Assembly (NCBI RefSeq): GCF_964355755.1
Contig: NC_092670.1
Coordinates: forward strand, 38,552,388 to 38,616,387
DNA from: Antedon mediterranea
Taxonomy: Eukaryota > Animalia > Echinodermata
Length of the DNA stretch: 64,000 nt
Reading direction: 5' to 3'
The notes below the pieces were generated by a model that saw nothing but the letters and a program-made list of their open reading frames with translations, had not been told where the DNA came from and ran no database searches. Both the position numbers and the translations under genes were made by a program. Shown here piece after piece: positions 26,601 through 35,600 of the stretch. Numbering within the stretch: position 1 is the first letter of the stretch; every line of letters starts with the position of its first letter.

Positions 26601-29600
26601 ACAATTTAAATTTACAACATACTTATATTTGAAACACTATTTTTATTTGACAGGTTTCTGTTGGACACAGTGGTTCGACGATGAAAATGGTGGCAATGTT
26701 GATCCATCTGCTCAATATGAAATTGAGTCTATTGACGACATCTTTGCACAATATCCAACATTAAGTTGTAAAAACCCTAAGGGAGTCCAATGTCAAACAA
26801 ACAATGGTGCTTACGATCAGTCAGTCCAGTGTGATGTAGCATTTGGTTTAAGGTGTACCAATAGTGAAGGAAAGACTTGTGCAAATTACATGATCCGATT
26901 TGTTTGCCCAGAATTGTGCGGCCAAGGAGGAGCTACAGATTCAGGCTCCATGGGCGGACAAGGTGGAATAGATTCTGGTTCAACAACTGGAGGATCACAC
27001 ACCAGTGGAGGCATGAGTGGAACAGTTGTATCTAGTGATACTGATGGTACAGATTCAGGAGCATCAGGTGCTACTGGAGGATCACAAACCAGTGGAGGCA
27101 TGAGTGGAACAGTTGTATCTGGTGGTACTGATGGTACAGACTCTGGAGCATCAGGTGCTACTGGAGGATCACAAACCAGTGAAGGCATGAGTGGAACAAT
27201 TGTATCTGGCGGTACTGATGGTACAGACTCTGGAACCTCAGGTGCTACTGGTGGATCACAAGCCAGTGGAGGCATGAGTGGAACAGTTGTATCTGGTGGT
27301 ACTGATGGTACAGACTCTGGAGCATCAGGTGCTACTGGAGGATCACAAACCAGTGGAACAGTTGTGTCTGGTGGTACAGGAGTAAAGATACCCACTGTTA
27401 CAGGTACTTTAAGGTTTATTACCATAATCAAAATACTATTAAAAAAACATTTTAAATGAAACAACATTTTACAGTATTGTTTCAATGTAAAAAAAAAAGA
27501 AACATAGCAGAAAAATGTATCTATACAATTTAAATTTACATCATGCTTATATTTTAAACATTATTTTTTTATTTGACAGGTTTCTGTTGGACACAGTGGT
27601 TCGACGATGAAAATGGTGGCAATGTTGATCCATCTGCACAATATGAAACTGAGTCTATTGACGACATTTTTGCACAATATCCAACATTAAGTTGTAAAAA
27701 CCCTAAGGGAGTCCAATGTCAAACAAACAATGGTGCTTACGATCAGTCAGTCCAGTGTGATGTAGCATTTGGTTTAAGGTGTACCAATAGTGAAGGAAAG
27801 ACTTGTGCAAATTACATGATCCGATTTGTTTGCCCAGAATTGTGCAGCCAAGGAGGAGTTACAGATTCAGGCTCTATGGGAGGACAAGGTGGACTAGATT
27901 CTGGTTCAACAACTGGAGGATCACACACCAGTGGAGGCATGAGTGGAACAGTTGTATCTGGTGGTACTGATGGTACAGATTCAGGAGCATCAGGTGCTAC
28001 TGGAGGATCACAAACCAGTGGAGGCATGAGTGGAACAGTTGTATCTGGTGGTACTGATGGTACAGATTCTGGAGCATCAGACACTACTGGAGGATCACAA
28101 ACCAGTGGAGGCATGAGTGGAACAGTTGTATCTGGTGGTACTGATGGTACAGATTCTGGAGCATCAGGTGCTACTGGAGGATCACAAACCAGTGGAACAG
28201 TTGTGTCTGGTGGTACAGGAGTAAAGATACCCACTGTGACAGGTAATTTAAGGTTTATTACCATAATCAAAATACTATTACAAAACCAATTTAAGTGAAA
28301 CAACATTATACAGTATTGTTTGAATGTAAGAAAAAATTAACTAAATAGAAAAATTTATTTATGCAATTTAAATTTACATCATGCTTATATTTGAAACATT
28401 ATTTTTTATTTGACAGGTTTCTGTTGGACACAGTGGTTCGACGATGAAAATGGTGGCAATGTTGATCCATCTGCTCAATATGAAATTGAGTCTATTGACG
28501 ACATCTTTGCACAATATCCAACATTAAGCTGTAAAAACCCTAAGGGAGTCCAATGTCAAACAAACAATGGTGCTTACGATCAGTCAGTCCAGTGTGATGT
28601 AGCATTTGGTTTAAGGTGTACCAATAGTGAAGGAAAGACTTGTGCAAATTACATGATCCGATTTGTTTGCCCAGAATTGTGCGGCCAAGGAGGAGCTACA
28701 GATTCAGGCTCCATGGGCGGACAAGGTGGAATAGATTCTGGTTCAACAACTGGAGGATCACACACCAGTGGAGGCATGAGTGGAACAGTTGTATCTGGTG
28801 GTACTGACGGTACAGATTCAGGAGCATCAGATGCTACTGGAGGATCACAAACCAGTGGAGGCATGAGTGGAACAGTTGTATCTGGTGGTACTGATGGTAC
28901 AGACTCTGGAGCATCAGGTGCTACTGGAGGATCACAAACCAGTGGAGGCATGAGTGGAACAGTTGTATCTGGTGGTACTGATGGTACAGACTCTGGAGCA
29001 TCAGGTGCTACTGGAGGATCACAAACCAGTGGAGGCATGAGTGGAACAGTTGTATCTGGTGGTACTGATGGAACAGACTCTGGAGCCTCAGGTGCTACTG
29101 GAGGATCACAAGCCAGTGGAGGCATGAGTGGAACAGTTGTATCTGGGGGTACTGATGGTACAGACTCTGGAGCATCAGGTGCTACTGGAGGATCACAAAC
29201 CAGTGGAACAGTTGTGTCTGGTGGTACAGGAGTAAAGATACCCACTGTTACAGGTAATTTAAGGTTTATTACCATGATCAAAATACTATTAAAAAAACAT
29301 TTTAAATGAAACAACATTTTACAGTATTGTTTCAATGTAAAAAAAATAAACATAGGAGAAAAATGTATCTATACAATTGAAATTTACATCATGCTTATTA
29401 TTTGAAACATTATTTTTTTATTTGACAGGTTTCTGTTGGACACAGTGGTTCGACGATGAAAATGGTGGCAATGTTGATCCATCTGCTCAATATGAAATTG
29501 AGTCTATTGACGACATTTTTGCACAATATCCAACATTAAGTTGTAAAAACCCTAAGGGAGTCCAATGTCAAACAAACAATGGTGCTTACGATCAGTCAGT

Positions 29601-32600
29601 CCAGTGTGATGTAGCATTTGGTTTAAGGTGTACCAATAGTGAAGGAAAGACTTGTGCAAATTACATGATCCGATTTGTTTGCCCAGAATTGTGCAGCCAA
29701 GGAGGAGTTACAGATTCAGGCTCCATGGGAGGACAAGGTGGAATAGATTCTGGTTCAACAACTGGAGGATCACACACCAGTGGAGGCATGAGTGGAACAG
29801 TTGTATCTGGTGGTACTGATGGTACAGATTCTGGAGCATCAGGTGATACTGGAGGATCACAAACCAGTGGAACAGTTGTGTCTGGTGGTACAGGAGTAAA
29901 GATACCCACTGTTACAGGTAATTTAAGGTTTATTACCATAATCAAAATACTATTACAAAACCAATTTAAATGAAACAACATTATACAGTATAGTTTGAAT
30001 GTAACAAAAAATTAACTAAATAGAAAAATTTATTTATGCAATTTAAATTTACATCATGCTTATATTTGAAACATTATTTTTTATTTGACAGGTTTCTGTT
30101 GGACACAGTGGTTCGACGATGAAAATGGGGACAATGTTGATCCATCTGCTCAATATGAAATTGAGTCTATTGACGACATCTTTGCACAATATCCAACATT
30201 AAGTTGTAAAAACCCTAAGGGAGTCCAATGTCAAACAAACAATGGTTCTTACGATCAGTCAGTTCAGTGTGATGTAGCATTTGGTTTAAGGTGTACCAAT
30301 AGTGAAGGAAAGACTTGTGCAAATTACATGATCCGATTTGTTTGCCCAGAATTGTGCAGCCAAGGAGGAGTTACAGATTCAGGCTCCATGGGCGGACAAG
30401 GTGGAATAGATTCTGGTTCAACAACTGGAGGATCACACACCAGTGGAGGCATGAGTGGAACAGTTGTATCTGGTGGTACTGATGGTACAGATTCAGGAGC
30501 ATCAGGTGCTACTGGAGGATCACAAACCAGTGAAGGCATGAGTGGAACAATTGTATCTGGCGGTACTGATGGTACAGACTCTGGAGCATCAGGTGCTACT
30601 GGAGGATCACAAACCAGTGGAGGCATGAGTGGAACAGTTGTATCTGGTGGTACTGATGGTACAGACTCTGGAGCATCAGGTGCTACTGGAGGATCACAAA
30701 CCAGTGGAGGCATGAGTGGAACAGTTGTATCTGGTGGTACTGATGGTACAGACTCTGGAGCCTCAGGTGCTACTGGAGGATCACAAGCCAGTGGAGGCAT
30801 GAGTGAAACAGTTGTATCTGGGGGTACTGATGGTACAGACTCTGGATCATCAGGTGCTACTGGAGGATCACAAACCAGTGGAACAGTTGTGTCTGGTGGT
30901 ACAGGAGTAAAGATACCCACTGTTACAGGTAATTTAAGGTTTATTACCATAATCAAAATACTATTAAAAAAACATTTTAAATGAAACAACATTTTACAGT
31001 ATTGTTTCAATGTAAAAAAAATAAACATAGGAGAAAAATGTATCTATACAATTGAAATTTACATCATGCTTATATTTGAAACATTATTTTTTTATTTGAC
31101 AGGTTTCTGTTGGACACAGTGGTTCGACGATGAAAATGGTGGCAATGTTGATCCATCTGCTCAATATGAAATTGAGTCTATTGACGACATCTTTGCACAA
31201 TATCCAACATTAAGTTGTAAAAACCCTAAGGGAGTCCAATGTCAAACAAACAATGGTGCTTACGATCAGTCAGTCCAGTGTGATGTAGCATTTGGTTTAA
31301 GGTGTACCAATAGTGAAGGAAAGACTTGTGCAAATTACATGATCCGATTTGTTTGCCCAGAATTGTGCAGCCAAGGAGGAGTTACAGATTCAGGCTCCAT
31401 GGGAGGACAAGGTGGAATAGATTCTGGTTCAACAACTGGAGGATCACACACCAGTGGAGGCATGAGTGGAACAGTTGTATCTGGTGGTACTGATGGTACA
31501 GATTCAGGAGCATCAGGTGCTACTGGAGGATCACAAACCAGTGAAGGCATGAGTGGAACAATTGTATCTGGCGGTACTGATGGTACAGACTCTGGAGCAT
31601 CAGGTGCTACTGGAGGATCACAAACCAGTGGAGGCATGAGTGGAACAGTTGTATCTGGTGGTACTGATGGTACAGACTCTGGAGCATCAGGTGCTACTGG
31701 AGGATCACAAACCAGTGAAGGCATGAGTGGAACAATTGTATCTGGGGGTACTGATGGTACAGACTCTGGAGCATCAGGTGCTACTGGAGGATCACAAACC
31801 AGTGGAGGCATGAGTGGAACAGTTGTATCTGGTGGTACTGATGGTACAGACTCTGGAGCATCAGGTGCTACTGGAGGATCACAAACCAGTGGAGGCATGA
31901 GTGGAACAGTTGTATCTGGTGGTACTGATGGAACAGACTCTGGAGCCTCAGGTGCTACTGGAGGATCACAAGCCAGTGGAGGCATGAGTGGAACAGTTGT
32001 ATCTGGGGGTACTGATGGTACAGACTCTGGAGCATCAGGTGCTACTGGAGGATCACAAACCAGTGGAACAGTTGTGTCTGGTGGTACAGGAGTAAAGATA
32101 CCCACTGTTACAGGTAATTTAAGGTTTATTACCATAATCAAAATACTATTAAAAAAACATTTTAAATGAAACAACATTTTACAGTATTGTTTCAATGTAA
32201 AAAAAATAAACATAGGAGAAAAATGTATCTATACAATTGAAATTTACATCATGCTTATTATTTAAAACATTATTTTTTTATTTGACAGGTTTCTGTTGGA
32301 CACAGTGGTTCGATGATGAAAATGGTGGCAATGTTGATCCATCTGCTCAATATGAAATTGAGTCTATTGACGACATTTTTGCACAATATCCAACATTAAG
32401 TTGTAAAAACCCTAAGGGAGTCCAATGTCAAACAAACAATGGTGCTTACGATCAGTCAGTCCAGTGTGATGTAGCATTTGGTTTAAGGTGTACCAATAGT
32501 GAAGGAAAGACTTGTGCAAATTACATGATCCGATTTGTTTGCCCAGAATTGTGCAGCCAAGGAGGAGTTACAGATTCAGGCTCCATGGGAGGACAAGGTG

Positions 32601-35600
32601 GAATAGATTCTGGTTCAACAACTGGAGGATCACACACCAGTGGAGGCATGAGTGGAACAGTTGTATCTGGTGGTACTGATGGTACAGATTCTGGAGCATC
32701 AGGTGATACTGGAGGATCACAAACCAGTGGAACAGTTGTGTCTGGTGGTACAGGAGTAAAGATACCCACTGTTACAGGTAATTTAAGGTTTATTACCATA
32801 ATCAAAATACTATTACAAAACCAATTTAAATGAAACAACATTATACAGTATAGTTTGAATGTAACAAAAAATTAACTAAATAGAAAAATTTATTTATGCA
32901 ATTTAAATTTACATCATGCTTATATTTGAAACATTATTTTTTATTTGACAGGTTTCTGTTGGACACAGTGGTTCGACGATGAAAATGGGGACAATGTTGA
33001 TCCATCTGCTCAATATGAAATTGAGTCTATTGACGACATCTTTGCACAATATCCAACATTAAGTTGTAAAAACCCTAAGGGAGTCCAATGTCAAACAAAC
33101 AATGGTGCTTACGATCAGTCAGTCCAGTGTGATGTAGCATTTGGTTTAAGGTGTACCAATAGTGAAGGAAAGACTTGTGCAAATTACATGATCCGATTTG
33201 TTTGCCCAGAATTGTGCAGCCAAGGAGGAGTTACAGATTCAGGCTCCATGGGCGGACAAGGTGGAATAGATTCTGGTTCAACAACTGGAGGATCACACAC
33301 CAGTGGAGGCATGAGTGGAACAGTTGTATCTGGTGGTACTGATGGTACAGATTCAGGAGCATCAGGTGCTACTGGAGGATCACAAACCAGTGAAGGCATG
33401 AGTGGAACAATTGTATCTGGCGGTACTGATGGTACAGACTCTGGAGCATCAGGTGCTACTGGAGGATCACAAACCAGTGGAGGCATGAGTGGAACAGTTG
33501 TATCTGGTGGTACTGATGGTACAGACTCTGGAGCATCAGGTGCTACTGGAGGATCACAAACCAGTGGAGGCATGAGTGGAACAGTTGTATCTGGTGGTAC
33601 TGATGGTACAGACTCTGGAGCCTCAGGTGCTACTGGAGGATCACAAGCCAGTGGAGGCATGAGTGGAACAGTTGTATCTGGGGGTACTGATGGTACAGAC
33701 TCTGGAGCATCAGGTGCTACTGGAGGATCACAAACCAGTGGAACAGTTGTGTCTGGTGGTACAGGAGTAAAGATACCCACTGTTACAGGTAATTTAAGGT
33801 TTATTACCATAATCAAAATACTATTAAAAAAACATTTTAAATGAAACAACATTTTACAGTATTGTTTCAATGTAAAAAAAATAAACATAGGAGAAAAATG
33901 TATCTATACAATTGAAATTTACATCATGCTTATATTTGAAACATTATTTTTTTATTTGACAGGTTTCTGTTGGACACAGTGGTTCGACGATGAAAATGGT
34001 GGCAATGTTGATCCATCTGCTCAATATGAAATTGAGTCTATTGACGACATCTTTGCACAATATCCAACATTAAGTTGTAAAAACCCTAAGGGAGTCCAAT
34101 GTCAAACAAACAATGGTGCTTACGATCAGTCAGTCCAGTGTGATGTAGCATTTGGTTTAAGGTGTACCAATAGTGAAGGAAAGACTTGTGCAAATTACAT
34201 GATCCGATTTGTTTGCCCAGAATTGTGCAGCCAAGGAGGAGTTACAGATTCAGGCTCCATGGGCGGACAAGGTGGAATAGATTCTGGTTCAACAACTGGA
34301 GGATCACACACCAGTGGAGGCATGAGTGGAACAGTTGTATCTGGTGGTACTGATGGTACAGATTCAGGAGCATCAGGTGCTACTGGAGGATCACAAACCA
34401 GTGAAGGCATGAGTGGAACAATTGTATCTGGCGGTACTGATGGTACAGACTCTGGAGCATCAGGTGCTACTGGAGGATCACAAACCAGTGGAGGCATGAG
34501 TGGAACAGTTGTATCTGGTGGTACTGATGGTACAGACTCTGGAGCATCAGGTGCTACTGGAGGATCACAAACCAGTGGAGGCATGAGTGGAACAGTTGTA
34601 TCTGGTGGTACTGATGGTACAGACTCTGGAGCCTCAGGTGCTACTGGAGGATCACAAGCCAGTGGAGGCATGAGTGGAACAGTTGTATCTGGGGGTACTG
34701 ATGGTACAGACTCTGGAGCATCAGGTGCTACTGGAGGATCACAAACCAGTGGAACAGTTGTGTCTGGTGGTACAGGAGTAAAGATACCCACTGTTACAGG
34801 TAATTTAAGGTTTATTACCATAATCAAAATACTATTAAAAAAACATTTTAAATGAAACAACATTTTACAGTATTGTTTCAATGTAAAAAAAATAAACATA
34901 GGAGAAAAATGTATCTATACAATTGAAATTTACATCATGCTTATATTTGAAACATTATTTTTTTATTTGACAGGTTTCTGTTGGACACAGTGGTTCGACG
35001 ATGAAAATGGTGGCAATGTTGATCCATCTGCTCAATATGAAATTGAGTCTATTGACGACATCTTTGCACAATATCCAACATTAAGTTGTAAAAACCCTAA
35101 GGGAGTCCAATGTCAAACAAACAATGGTGCTTACGATCAGTCAGTCCAGTGTGATGTAGCATTTGGTTTAAGGTGTACCAATAGTGAAGGAAAGACTTGT
35201 GCAAATTACATGATCCGATTTGTTTGCCCAGAATTGTGCAGCCAAGGAGGAGTTACAGATTCAGGCTCCATGGGAGGACAAGGTGGAATAGATTCTGGTT
35301 CAACAACTGGAGGATCACACACCAGTGGAGGCATGAGTGGAACAGTTGTGTCTGGTGGTACTGATGGTACAGATTCAGGAGCATCAGGTGCTACTGGAGG
35401 ATCACAAACCAGTGGAGGCATGAGTGGAACAATTGTATCTGGCGGTACTGATGGTACAGACTCTGGAGCATCAGGTGCTACTGGAGGATCACAAACCAGT
35501 GGAGGCATGAGTGGAACAGTTGTATCTGGTGGTACTGATAGTACAGACTCTGGAGCATCAGGTGCTACTGGAGGATCACAAACCAGTGGAACAGTTGTGT